Below, piece after piece: positions 44,614 through 53,828 of a stretch of 64,000 bases of DNA. Every line of letters begins with the position of its first letter. Position 1 is the first letter of the stretch. The DNA lies in IMG/VR virus record IMGVR_UViG_3300011113_000640, positions 248,001 to 312,000 of that record. One strand, given 5' to 3'. The notes beneath the pieces were generated by a model, which had not been told where the DNA came from, searched no databases, and was given only the letters and a program-made list of their open reading frames with translations. The position numbers and the translations under genes are program-made.

Positions 44614-45340
44614 AGTCGACTCCGAGTTCTTGGCAAAGCACTTTCATGATTTCAATGACTTTCAAGCTACCTCGACTGGCAGCAAAATGCAAAATGTTTG
44701 CATCGGCAATCGGCACTCCGGAATTCCAGAGTCTGGTAGCTTCTAGTTCAGCAGGATGGTCGCTTCTTAAGTTATGACACATGTAATTCATTTCTGGGTG
44801 TAGTCGATCTGTTTCTGGAATATCTTGTGCCCAAAACATTGCGTTGTGTCTTAGTTGGTCAAATCCCCAGTGCCGATCCGGATGTGTTTCCCTTGCTTGA
44901 AAATACTTTTCACCCAGGTCCCAAATTTCTTTTGACATGGTATGCGGATAATATTGCACGTCATCATTGAAATGATGTCGAAATTCTCTATGATTCCGCG
45001 GTTCTGTGTAGTTGAACAATCTGTATTCTTTGTAGCGGTCTCCAAACAAACTGGTGGGTCGTATCATAAAAGTATCAGCACCGGACCAAAAAACGTTGCA
45101 GGGTTCGCTGTCCCATAATGCTTTGATCTCGTTCCAGTTGGCCTCAGTACAGGTGTCGCTGTCGTCGGCAGGATCGGTCCATAACACAGCTTCGAAAGGC
45201 TCCAGACAAAATTTGCGAAATGAAGACAGCCTTATCTTGTACATTTCACCATAGGCCTTGTACAGGTCTTGATTCTTTTCTATGTGCCAGCCATTACGGA
45301 TAGGCCTTACTGAAGAAACCAAATAATTTTTAACTGTCAT
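44606..45340 (-). CDS. Hypothetical protein, possible glycosyltransferase
   Basis: GADT, GFDQ and ILHF..SRG resemble GT8/GT34-like motifs; sugar-cluster context. Confidence 0.5.
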   Translation of the reverse strand: MTVKNYLVSSVRPIRNGWHIEKNQDLYKAYGEMYKIRLSSFRKFCLEPFEAVLWTDPADDSDTCTEANWNEIKALWDSEPCNVFWSGADTFMIRPTSLFGDRYKEYRLFNYTEPRNHREFRHHFNDDVQYYPHTMSKEIWDLGEKYFQARETHPDRHWGFDQLRHNAMFWAQDIPETDRLHPEMNYMCHNLRSDHPAELEATRLWNSGVPIADANILHFAASRGSLKVIEIMKVLCQELGVDYE

Positions 45341-45960
45341 TTCGATCTGCCTAATATAGCACCGCTGTTGTGACGATGCCCTTCACTGTGTAATAGCCGA
45401 TAACCTTCGGATAACAAATAAGGAATAGCCGCTGAACACTTGCCAATAAACACACCTTCATCTGGCTCGTACCAGGTGTCGTCGCATACAATAATACTAT
45501 TATCGCACATCAATGGCATTAACCGAATAGCTTGTTTTAAGTGGGCTTGTTGACTATTTAGATTGGTCATTTCGATTCCCATTTTTTGTAAATAACGTTC
45601 TTTTTGTGCCGGCACAAAAGGTTTGGCTTTTCTATTGACCCAATAGTCCCAATCAAAATTATCTAAGTAAACTAAACTTACTCGAGACTCGGGTTCTAGA
45701 TTTCTAAAATTGTCCAGAAAGTCTTCACCTTTGGCCTGTATGACTCGAACATGATTGGGCATGTTCACAAATCTTTCTTTGAGGCCGTCGATTTGATCTT
45801 GGTCATAGTCTACAGCATAAAATCTTGTGGCACGGTCTTTGGCCAGGTCTGCAAAAAACTTGGTGCTGCCTTCGCCACGATCAACACCAATCTCAATCCA
45901 AACACCTGGATCAATTTGATGTATAAAATTTTCTACATTTCGATAGTATGTGCCCATCAA
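45337..45960 (-). CDS. Class I SAM methyltransferase
   Basis: EIGVDRGEGST, YLDNFDW, CDDTW. Confidence 0.78.
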   Translation of the reverse strand: MMGTYYRNVENFIHQIDPGVWIEIGVDRGEGSTKFFADLAKDRATRFYAVDYDQDQIDGLKERFVNMPNHVRVIQAKGEDFLDNFRNLEPESRVSLVYLDNFDWDYWVNRKAKPFVPAQKERYLQKMGIEMTNLNSQQAHLKQAIRLMPLMCDNSIIVCDDTWYEPDEGVFIGKCSAAIPYLLSEGYRLLHSEGHRHNSGAILGRSK

Positions 45961-46647
45961 TTAACTCGCTTTAGTAAATCTGCCTAATATAGCACCACTG
46001 TTTTGTCTATAGCCTTGATTGTTCAACACTTCATAACCGTGCAACAATAGGTAAGGTATCACAGCCGAACACTTGCCAACGAATACTCCTTCATTGGGAT
46101 GGTACCAGGTATCGTCACACACTATGATACTTTTTTCAGTCATCAACGGCATCAGTCTCATGGCCTGAAGCAAGTGGGCTTTTTGGCTGTTGATATTGGT
46201 CATCTCAGTGCCCATGTAGTCTCTATAGTGTTGCTTTTGTGCAGGTACAAAAGATTCTTCTTGACCGCCAACCCAATAGTCCCAGTCAAAGTTGTCAAGA
46301 TACACCAACGAAAATTTCTCGCCAGGATTGTTGCGTGCGAATTGTTCCAGAAAGTTTTCACCAAAAGCATGTACTAGTTCTACGTGATCTGGCAAAGGCC
46401 CTTCGGCTAATCGAAATTGTCCGTCGGCACCTAATACCGCTTGTCCTTGCGATGACAACACCGCACGAGCCCTTGCGATTTGATTTTCATCTGCGTCAAC
46501 ACCGTAAAACTTAACGCCTTTTGTTTTTGCTATGTCAGCAAAGAATTTAGTACTACCTTCTCCGCGGTCAACGCCAATCTCAACCCACGCACCAGAGGGA
46601 TCGACTGCATCCATAAATCGTTCTACTTCTTTGTAATATGTTCCCAT
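45961..46647 (-). CDS. Class I SAM methyltransferase (tandem duplicate)
   Basis: Same motifs as 45337-45960. Confidence 0.78.
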   Translation of the reverse strand: MGTYYKEVERFMDAVDPSGAWVEIGVDRGEGSTKFFADIAKTKGVKFYGVDADENQIARARAVLSSQGQAVLGADGQFRLAEGPLPDHVELVHAFGENFLEQFARNNPGEKFSLVYLDNFDWDYWVGGQEESFVPAQKQHYRDYMGTEMTNINSQKAHLLQAMRLMPLMTEKSIIVCDDTWYHPNEGVFVGKCSAVIPYLLLHGYEVLNNQGYRQNSGAILGRFTKAS

Positions 46648-46650
46648 AGA

Positions 46651-47601
46651 TCACCAAATAAAATTTAACATGTAATACTCTATAACTCTTTGTAATTCTT
46701 GATCAAAGTTGGCCAGGGGTTGCCACCCCAAGGCCTTGAGTTTAGAGTCATTGATTGCATAACGCACATCTTGGCCTTGTCGGTGGCTGCCAGTGATGTA
46801 ATCTTCCCAACGATCTTCAGCTCCACCACCGGGATAGTAATGCAACAGCTTTTTGATAACTTCCTTGTTGGGCATTTCTGCATTGCCTGAAATGTTATAA
46901 ATTTCGTTGATGCTACCGTGATCGATCACAGTCATTACTGCACGAGCAGTGTCTTCGACATGCAACCAAGTCCTCTGCGGCTCACCACGATCATGCAGGT
47001 CAATTTTCCTGCCTATTTTGAGATACTTGATTGACTTGGGGATTAATTTTTCAACATATTGACCAATACCATAGTTGTTGGTAGGACGCACAATTACATA
47101 TCGGATGCCATAGGTTCTTGCCCAGGCCAGGATCAACATGTCGGCCGCTGCCTTTGAAGCTGAATAAGGATTGCTGGGTTTCAGCAGATCAGTTTCGGCG
47201 TGGGCACCCGAATCGATATCACCATACACTTCGTCGGTTGAAAAATGCAACAATGTTGGTTGCTTTTGAACAGGCTGTTGTCGGATCAGTTCCAACAGAC
47301 GGTGTACTCCGTTGATGTTACTGTGCAGGAATACCTCAGAACTCATGATCGAATTGTCCACATGAGTTTCAGCTGCTGTGTTTATGATATAATCGCAGTC
47401 ATACAGTCGGTCAAGATCATTGATGTCTTTGTGTATGAACTTAAATGTATCGTATTTTTGAAACTCACTTAGAAAATCAAAATTGCTGGCATAGGTACCT
47501 TTGTCCACACCAATCACATGCCATCCACGTGCCAGACATTGTCGTGTGACATGTACTCCTATGAATCCCAAACAACCTGTGACATATACAATTTTTTTCA
47601 T
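46651..47601 (-). CDS. rmlB: dTDP/NDP-glucose 4,6-dehydratase
   Basis: TGCLGFIG, AAETHVDNSI, STDEVYG, PYSASKA, NNYG..Q..EKLIP. Confidence 0.93.
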   Translation of the reverse strand: MKKIVYVTGCLGFIGVHVTRQCLARGWHVIGVDKGTYASNFDFLSEFQKYDTFKFIHKDINDLDRLYDCDYIINTAAETHVDNSIMSSEVFLHSNINGVHRLLELIRQQPVQKQPTLLHFSTDEVYGDIDSGAHAETDLLKPSNPYSASKAAADMLILAWARTYGIRYVIVRPTNNYGIGQYVEKLIPKSIKYLKIGRKIDLHDRGEPQRTWLHVEDTARAVMTVIDHGSINEIYNISGNAEMPNKEVIKKLLHYYPGGGAEDRWEDYITGSHRQGQDVRYAINDSKLKALGWQPLANFDQELQRVIEYYMLNFIW

Positions 47602-48419
47602 TTCATCTTTATTTGGAATTGTCGCATCTGATTGTTTATATCATTTTCTCTGAGTCGTTGCCAGGGATCTTGTTGTTGAGCTTTGACGGCATCCCAGAAA
47701 GTGGGATTCAGCCCCTGAGATTTAAGATAATCGTTGAGCTTGTCGCATTCTTTAAAGCGTTTGGTTGAGGTAGGAGGATAATGGAAGTCTTTGGGATTGC
47801 TGGGATTACCCTCTAATAGTTCTCGCTGTTTGTAGGTGGCATCAAGATTATTGCCGGTAAGATCGGCTCGGTCATGCGTGACATGCACATCGATCCTTTG
47901 GTATATGTCCACACAATAAGCATTTTGACTCAACCAAGCATCATTCATGCTATGCAGGCTGAGATGTCCTATAACATCCAGCCAGGCTCGAGGAACTATG
48001 GGAAATATGCTGTAGGGGTGATCATTGTGGGTATGCACCGCCAACAGTTTGAATTGTCCAGTGTACCGGCAAATTTCCGTATCCCAGGCTTCGCTGTCCA
48101 TTACAGCATCGTCATTCCAGAAAAACACCCAATCTGCCGAACTGGCCCGGGCCAAGGTGTTTACATAATCATGCAGTTGGCTGTAGCCCATGGGCTCAAA
48201 TGTCATGGCAGTATAGTTCACTCCCATGTCATCCAGTCTGGGTTGCAACACAGTTTGGAAATGTTCAATGCCCACAGTGTCATCTGTGTCCAGGCCCAAT
48301 AACACTTGTATGCTATCAAGATCCGCGGCCTTTTCTAACAGGCCAATTAGACTGCGTGTCAAGGCATTGGTGCGGCCTCGTGTGGGAAGTAATATTGCTA
48401 TTTTATAGTCGTTTGCCAT
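47598..48419 (-). CDS. GT2-like glycosyltransferase
   Basis: LLPTRGR, DTDD, FWNDD. Confidence 0.8.
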   Translation of the reverse strand: MANDYKIAILLPTRGRTNALTRSLIGLLEKAADLDSIQVLLGLDTDDTVGIEHFQTVLQPRLDDMGVNYTAMTFEPMGYSQLHDYVNTLARASSADWVFFWNDDAVMDSEAWDTEICRYTGQFKLLAVHTHNDHPYSIFPIVPRAWLDVIGHLSLHSMNDAWLSQNAYCVDIYQRIDVHVTHDRADLTGNNLDATYKQRELLEGNPSNPKDFHYPPTSTKRFKECDKLNDYLKSQGLNPTFWDAVKAQQQDPWQRLRENDINNQMRQFQIKMK

Positions 48420-48461
48420 AGTGCGAATATTTATATACGCCGTTTACGGTGCAAACAAATA

Positions 48462-48911
48462 CTAACCTTCGTAGATGGCACTGTTGGCACCGTGTTCGGC
48501 ACATTCTACACGCACACAGTAACAACGGTCATTGGTCTTTTTGCGGATTAGTTGATCAGCAAAGTTAAAAGCATGTTCGGCAAACTTCTCTGCACCCACT
48601 CCATTGAATATTCTAATCTCTACTAGGTCCAATGCTTGTAATTCTTCAAACTTAGCCAAGTGTGGATCTCGTTTATCCAGGGCCAACTTGTGATCAAAAT
48701 GATCTTCCAACCAGGCTTTTAGTTCTTTGAGTCCGCCAAAGTCCACTGCCCAGTTTTTATCGTCCAGACTGTCACAACCAAAAGTGAATGTGAACGCCAG
48801 ACTGTAACCATGTAGCAAGTGACAGTGACTGTGATCAGCATTGGGCTGTCTAAATACAGCACTCAAGCCAATGTTGTGCCCGTAGTGTTTTGTTGAATAA
48901 TACTTTGCCAT
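48462..48911 (-). CDS. queD: 6-carboxy-5,6,7,8-tetrahydropterin synthase
   Basis: CHLLHGY (CxxxHG), VDFG, FDH, GAE. Confidence 0.9.
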   Translation of the reverse strand: MAKYYSTKHYGHNIGLSAVFRQPNADHSHCHLLHGYSLAFTFTFGCDSLDDKNWAVDFGGLKELKAWLEDHFDHKLALDKRDPHLAKFEELQALDLVEIRIFNGVGAEKFAEHAFNFADQLIRKKTNDRCYCVRVECAEHGANSAIYEG

Positions 48912-48920
48912 TATAATTCT

Positions 48921-48981
48921 CCTATGTTAATTATAGCATAGGCGGCAGAGTTTGTAAAGCGGGAGTGACGCCAAGACCGCT
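48921..48981 (-). promoter_or_regulatory. queD control region: TTTACA-N17-TATAAT promoter inside an SD-sequestering hairpin, plus upstream stem-loop
   Basis: -35 at 48953-48958, -10 at 48930-48935; CCTATG/CATAGG stem covers the AGG of AGGAG. Confidence 0.75.
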
Positions 48982-48986
48982 GGATA

Positions 48987-49211
48987 TTATTTTTTGTTTT
49001 TGGGTGCTACAGATTTTTCCGGTGCTGTTTTTCTTGCAGATTTGGTCTGGGTGGTATCTGTCATGTCAATGAGTTGTTGCACCGTATCAAGAGCTTGTGT
49101 AGTAGCAAACATCTGCCAAAGTTGATTGTTGGCTACCTCAATGCTGGTGAATTCTAGTTCAATGATCTGATCATTTTTTAACTGGAGTTGGAATTTTCTT
49201 TGTTGGCTCAT
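48987..49211 (-). CDS. Small hypothetical protein
   Basis: AAGGA SD. Confidence 0.7.
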   Translation of the reverse strand: MSQQRKFQLQLKNDQIIELEFTSIEVANNQLWQMFATTQALDTVQQLIDMTDTTQTKSARKTAPEKSVAPKNKK

Positions 49212-49219
49212 GTGTGTCC

Positions 49220-49399
49220 TTAATCGTAGTAAACGTATCCTGATTGTTTATTAGTTATGTTTGCACCAGGTCGATCTATTTCTTTTGAGGGCTTGTCCCA
49301 AAGTCTAGCGCGACCTTCTCTCTGCTGTTGTTCGGTGTCGGGGTGCTGTTGTTTATACCGTGTTAACCATTGATCAAATTCGCTGATGTATTTTACCAT
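49220..49399 (-). CDS. 59-aa DUF3460-like protein (MVKYISEFDQWLTRYKQQHPDTEQQQREGRARLWDK...GYVYYD), not in ORF track
   Basis: Hand-translated; Y.S.F..L...K..P..E..Q..GRA.LWDK pattern recalled for the betaproteobacterial DUF3460 family. Confidence 0.75.
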   Translation of the reverse strand: MVKYISEFDQWLTRYKQQHPDTEQQQREGRARLWDKPSKEIDRPGANITNKQSGYVYYD

Positions 49400-49764
49400 T
49401 TTTTGTAATTGCCTTTGCCGGGTATTGTATTACGGACACCGCCCACTGGATCTTCTACATCGCCCTTTTGACGTGGAATAAGATGTATGTGTGGATACAT
49501 CACAGTTTGACCCGCTGCTTCTCCTGAATTATAACCAATGTTGAATGCATCGCATTCTCCTTCTGCAACCATGTGGATGCCGTCGGCTAGGGCATCTTCA
49601 AAGGCCCTGACTATCCAATTAGGATTGTCGTTGTCTTTGGGCACATACAATCTATGACCGGGTGTGCATGGATAGCGATCAAGATACACCATGGTCGTGG
49701 TTTTTTCATCTACCTGTTGGTCCCAGGGTGCTATGCCTGCCTTTTGTGCTTCGATCAATTTCAT
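49393..49764 (-). CDS. HIT-family nucleotide hydrolase
   Basis: DRYP.TPGH.L.VPK, AGQTVMYPHIHLIPR. Confidence 0.9.
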   Translation of the reverse strand: MKLIEAQKAGIAPWDQQVDEKTTTMVYLDRYPCTPGHRLYVPKDNDNPNWIVRAFEDALADGIHMVAEGECDAFNIGYNSGEAAGQTVMYPHIHLIPRQKGDVEDPVGGVRNTIPGKGNYKKW

Positions 49765-49765
49765 T

Positions 49766-52252
49766 TTAGTCAAACCAGTATCTAATTTCGTGCATGACAC
49801 GATAATGATTCAGCCCACTGGTAGCAGTGGTCATCGCGCTGAATCGATATTGTGTGTTTTTGTTTATCATGCTTGTGTATAAACCTCTGACATAAGGTGT
49901 GACCTGATTCTGTACCGACATCTTTTTATGAGTATACTGTATGTTACCTTGATTGTCAATACTGGTCGGCAGTTTTGCTTCTACTGAACCACTTAACACT
50001 ACAGGTTTGACACCACCATACAACCCAAAATGTCCTCCTCTCTTGACATCACCAAATCTATAACCAGTTTCTGCCCAGGCACCGGTCATGTTATTTACAC
50101 GGGTGATCAATCCTGGATTGATGTTGGTAGACACGTGCATCAAGCTGGCCTGCGCACTAAATCCTCTGTGTCGGAAAGTTACCACATTATCCAAGATGCC
50201 AGAACTGTTTATGCTTCCCCAACTGCCACCAAACGCTATCCAAGGGTTGGCGTTGAGATTGGTGTACTGCACCCCATAGGTAAATTTGCCTTTGCTGTAG
50301 ACCTTGGGCAGGCCCACGGTGTATTGCGTGGGTCGGTTCAATCCCATCCCTGTGTTGTCTCTGCCGGCAAAATCGGTGCCAACTCGCATGCCGTTGACCG
50401 TGGTCAAAGCACCGTTGACAAGATATTCTGCATGGCTGGTCAGTTCATATTGATCATTGTGTTCGGTATTGAAACCAAATGCATTCATGCGGTTGACATT
50501 CATTACCGAAATGTTGCTGTTGTAGCCTCGGCCCAGTTGATCCATGACCACAACTGATCCATCACCAAGATTGACTCCTGTCAAATATCCTGTTATGGGC
50601 TTGAGGCCGCTGAGGGTGGCCAAACTCAGTTGCCCTACTGGTTTGAATATGTCTTCTTCGCTGATCACAGCCACACCGTTGAAATAGGTTGCCGCGGTTC
50701 TGGCCAAAACTTCATTGGCCTGAGGCAAGGTCATGTATGGCCATTTTTGCAAAATAAGATTTACTGCACTCTGGGCAGTGGTCACTGTGGATGCGCCAAG
50801 TTCACTCATATACACAGCCAACTGGCGATCAGATCCATTCATAAAGCTCACAGCTGTCAACAAATAAAGTTTGCCGCCTGGACCACGCATCACGTTGACA
50901 GTATTGCCCATGTTGTCGCCGTTTTGCATTTCTGCGGCCTGTTTGACAAAATCAGTCAATAATTTTTGGTGTGCTGCCACGTACTTGCCGTCGGAGCTCT
51001 TTAACAAAAATTGATGGCTGGTGTTATTGCCACTGAAATCGGCTCCGCTGACCAAGATATCTTCTTTGCCGTCGCCGTTGATATCAACAAATTTGGGCTT
51101 GTATGTTGAGTAGGTGTTGGTGTTATAGCCAACTAGCACGTCGTCAGTGACATCAGTGAAATTGCCGCTGCCGTTGTTTTTCAAAAACTGTATTTCACTG
51201 AATTTCGATGCACTGTGATTGGGTCTACTGAAAATCAACACGTCGAGTTTGCTGTCGTCGTTGAAATCATAACTGACAGCTCGCACATTATGACTGCCAC
51301 CAAAATTATTACTGGCCCATTTGGGCAGCTCAAACCTGGGTGTAGGCAAGGTGTGTAATACAGTGAACACCGCTTCGTTGGAAGCATTCAAAGACCAGGA
51401 GAACAGTTTGGTAGCGGCACTGCCCGCGGTCCACTGGTCAGTGGCTATGATTTGTCCTTGTCCATTGCCCAGAAAATCACCAATGGCCACAGCACTGGCT
51501 CCGCGTATAACAGGATTGGTCTGACTTTGAGTATGCACCGAGAAACTGCTGATGCGGTTGTTCAAGGCTATGGTTGTGTTGGTTCCATAGTCAGCAATAA
51601 CAATGTCCTTGTAACCGTCGCCGTTGAGGTCTCCAACCGCACTATCATGGCTCCAGATAGGAACAGTGGTCAGCGTCTGTCGTTCAAAACTTGTACCGTT
51701 ATTACGGAAGAAGTATGCAGGACCATAGTGTTGCATGTCAGTACCAGGAGACACAAACAGATCATGGCGTCCAGTTTTAAAGAAGTCGTCGAGTTTGATG
51801 CTGGGTTCTGTGCCCAGGATCACATTGGTGTCATTGGGGAACCATTGTGCGGTTTTGTCTACCAGTTGACCGTTGTTCCAACTAAACATGCTGAGCCTAA
51901 AACTGCCCCACTCTGGCACTGTGGCCGGCTGTGTCATTCTACCTGCGATGAGCACATCATCTTTACCGGTACCGGTAAGATCTGCTGTAAATGTGTCAGC
52001 CACAGCCCAGGCATGTCCATTGTTGACTCCGGGTGCATTGATCAAGGGATCAATTGTGGCTACCTTGACAGGTGTGGCATAGGGCACTTCAGTTCTGAGA
52101 TAAGGATTTGATGATACCGGAGGAACCATAACTGGCGGAGCCATGTATGCAGTTCCTGGATTGCCAGCGCCTCCACCACCACCACCACCACCGCAACCGG
52201 TAATGACGATAACTGTGCCAAAAAGACAAGTCCAAAGCAGTTTGCGCCGCAT
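49766..52252 (-). CDS. Lipoprotein with FG-GAP/VCBS repeats and C-terminal beta-barrel-like region
   Basis: Lipobox ITGC followed by poly-Gly; DLNGDGYKD, DFNDDSKLD, DINGDGKED; beta-rich C-terminus ending IRYWFD. Confidence 0.8.
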   Translation of the reverse strand: MRRKLLWTCLFGTVIVITGCGGGGGGGGAGNPGTAYMAPPVMVPPVSSNPYLRTEVPYATPVKVATIDPLINAPGVNNGHAWAVADTFTADLTGTGKDDVLIAGRMTQPATVPEWGSFRLSMFSWNNGQLVDKTAQWFPNDTNVILGTEPSIKLDDFFKTGRHDLFVSPGTDMQHYGPAYFFRNNGTSFERQTLTTVPIWSHDSAVGDLNGDGYKDIVIADYGTNTTIALNNRISSFSVHTQSQTNPVIRGASAVAIGDFLGNGQGQIIATDQWTAGSAATKLFSWSLNASNEAVFTVLHTLPTPRFELPKWASNNFGGSHNVRAVSYDFNDDSKLDVLIFSRPNHSASKFSEIQFLKNNGSGNFTDVTDDVLVGYNTNTYSTYKPKFVDINGDGKEDILVSGADFSGNNTSHQFLLKSSDGKYVAAHQKLLTDFVKQAAEMQNGDNMGNTVNVMRGPGGKLYLLTAVSFMNGSDRQLAVYMSELGASTVTTAQSAVNLILQKWPYMTLPQANEVLARTAATYFNGVAVISEEDIFKPVGQLSLATLSGLKPITGYLTGVNLGDGSVVVMDQLGRGYNSNISVMNVNRMNAFGFNTEHNDQYELTSHAEYLVNGALTTVNGMRVGTDFAGRDNTGMGLNRPTQYTVGLPKVYSKGKFTYGVQYTNLNANPWIAFGGSWGSINSSGILDNVVTFRHRGFSAQASLMHVSTNINPGLITRVNNMTGAWAETGYRFGDVKRGGHFGLYGGVKPVVLSGSVEAKLPTSIDNQGNIQYTHKKMSVQNQVTPYVRGLYTSMINKNTQYRFSAMTTATSGLNHYRVMHEIRYWFD

Positions 52253-52283
52253 GCTAACACCTACAAGAGTTTACAATAAAACT

Positions 52284-52312
52284 ATTATAGCACCACGGGT
52301 ATTTTGTGTCAA
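52284..52312 (-). promoter_or_regulatory. Consensus sigma70 promoter
   Basis: TTGACA-N17-TATAAT with TG extension. Confidence 0.9.
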
Positions 52313-52318
52313 ACTAGG

Positions 52319-52747
52319 TTAGTACACGCTAACTTCTTGTTCTAAATAGCGAATCAGCTCTTTGTCTGTGGGTTCTACGGTGTAGTTCTGCTTGAAAAAG
52401 ATTTCGTAGCTGTCCGAACCGTATTTGCCTATGCCGTAGAGCTTGGTGGCATCCACACCATCCCAAGTGGCAAAGTCCAAGGTCATTCGTCGGAGACGTT
52501 CGTAACGCACATTGACCATGCCCAGACTCCAGATCACGTCTTTGACTTCCCGTTCAGTGGCGCCATAAAAAGCTCGGGGCCCGCGCCATTTCGACCAGAA
52601 CACAGGCGCCACGTGTTTAACTGGTTTACGACCAGTTTGGTTCAGCATGATCACGGCCACCATGTGTTGCCAGGCACCATGGGTATACTGAAAACCATCT
52701 GGCAACTGTTGTTGCACCATGAGGTCATCACGGAGAGGCTGGATCAT
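52319..52747 (-). CDS. MBD4-like HhH-GPD DNA glycosylase
   Basis: VQ..L..W..MVAVIMLNQT, LGM...R, LYGIGKYGSDSY.IF, P.D..L..Y match the MBD4 catalytic domain pattern. Confidence 0.85.
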   Translation of the reverse strand: MIQPLRDDLMVQQQLPDGFQYTHGAWQHMVAVIMLNQTGRKPVKHVAPVFWSKWRGPRAFYGATEREVKDVIWSLGMVNVRYERLRRMTLDFATWDGVDATKLYGIGKYGSDSYEIFFKQNYTVEPTDKELIRYLEQEVSVY

Positions 52748-52950
52748 TTGGCTTCGGGTTTAGTTTGCGACTGGATAGGTGTGCATCGCATCTCAGGTGG
52801 CTCGCACAATTCCCATCGGCCATTCCTGGTATCCATCCTGTACATTTGGCCGTTGAGCACTATGGGAGTAAAGGCACCATTGTCCACGCTGGGGTGGACG
52901 AATGTGTATCCTGTGAGAACTACTAGCACGCTTGTGAGTATGATTTCCAT
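52744..52950 (-). CDS. Small protein with N-terminal TM
   Basis: Overlaps both neighbours. Confidence 0.7.
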   Translation of the reverse strand: MEIILTSVLVVLTGYTFVHPSVDNGAFTPIVLNGQMYRMDTRNGRWELCEPPEMRCTPIQSQTKPEAK

Positions 52951-53789
52951 TATCTAGGTGCGAACTCTTGTTGCAGTTTGATATTGTCCATGAACTCTTT
53001 CTTGGTGCCAGGATCAGTCTTAAACGCACCTCGGAGCACCGTGGTCTGTGTCAGGCTCGAATGTGCCATGATGCCGCGATTTTCACAGCAACCATGAGTG
53101 GCTTGGATATAAACACCAATATGTTCAGAATCTGTAGCACGAGCAATCTCTCGGGCAATGTCGTTGGCTAGTTCCTCTTGAAGAGTACCCCGGCGAGCAC
53201 ACCATTGAGCAATCCTAGTATACTTACTAAGACCAATGAGCTTGTTAGCCGCAATGATTCCGATGTAAGCAACTCCAGACACAGGCTGATGATGATGACT
53301 ACACATACTGCGCAATTCACTGCGTACAACCAACATACCTTCATATCTATCCTCACTATCGTTAGGGAAAGCAGTGGCATCAGGGCGGGGTTCATACCTA
53401 CCTGCCATGATTTCGTTGAAATACATCTTGGCCAATCTACGTGCTGTGCCAGCACTGTTGGGATCTGTTTCTCTATCAATCAACAAGGTATCCAGCACTC
53501 GTTCAAATGCTTCTGTGGCTTCATCAATCAACTGTTTGCGTTCTTGCTCTGATTCGATAAACTCACTGACGTTGTCTCCGGCCCAGAATCGTTTACCGCT
53601 GGCCCGCATGCTGTCTCGGATAACCTGGCTCAGTGGGCGACCTTCGTCGGGATCTACTACAGCATCCTCATAACCAGGATGATATGGCGCCTCTGCCACA
53701 ATACGGCTTTGTTGTAAGGCATCGAATGTTTTTTGGCTGGCATTATTTTTCACTGCGTTCTCTCTATCTTCACTGGTAAATGTTGTCAT
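52950..53789 (-). CDS. folE: GTP cyclohydrolase I
   Basis: SMCSHHH.P, GLSK..R, LQE, H.C...RG. Confidence 0.95.
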   Translation of the reverse strand: MTTFTSEDRENAVKNNASQKTFDALQQSRIVAEAPYHPGYEDAVVDPDEGRPLSQVIRDSMRASGKRFWAGDNVSEFIESEQERKQLIDEATEAFERVLDTLLIDRETDPNSAGTARRLAKMYFNEIMAGRYEPRPDATAFPNDSEDRYEGMLVVRSELRSMCSHHHQPVSGVAYIGIIAANKLIGLSKYTRIAQWCARRGTLQEELANDIAREIARATDSEHIGVYIQATHGCCENRGIMAHSSLTQTTVLRGAFKTDPGTKKEFMDNIKLQQEFAPR

Positions 53790-53800
53790 AGTTTTCTTTC

Positions 53801-53828
53801 ATTATACAGGTTATTTAGATTTTTGCAA
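53801..53828 (-). promoter_or_regulatory. Promoter TTGCAA-N16-TATAAT with nested TCTAAATA
   Basis: Near copy of 61768-61796. Confidence 0.65.

Noticed and set aside
48912-48985. Canonical preQ1-I riboswitch
   Set aside because: Lacks the class I stem-loop and A-rich tail consensus; kept only as an unclassified element
52168-52195. CCA/GGT trinucleotide run
   Set aside because: Encodes the poly-Gly tether after the lipobox, not an independent repeat element
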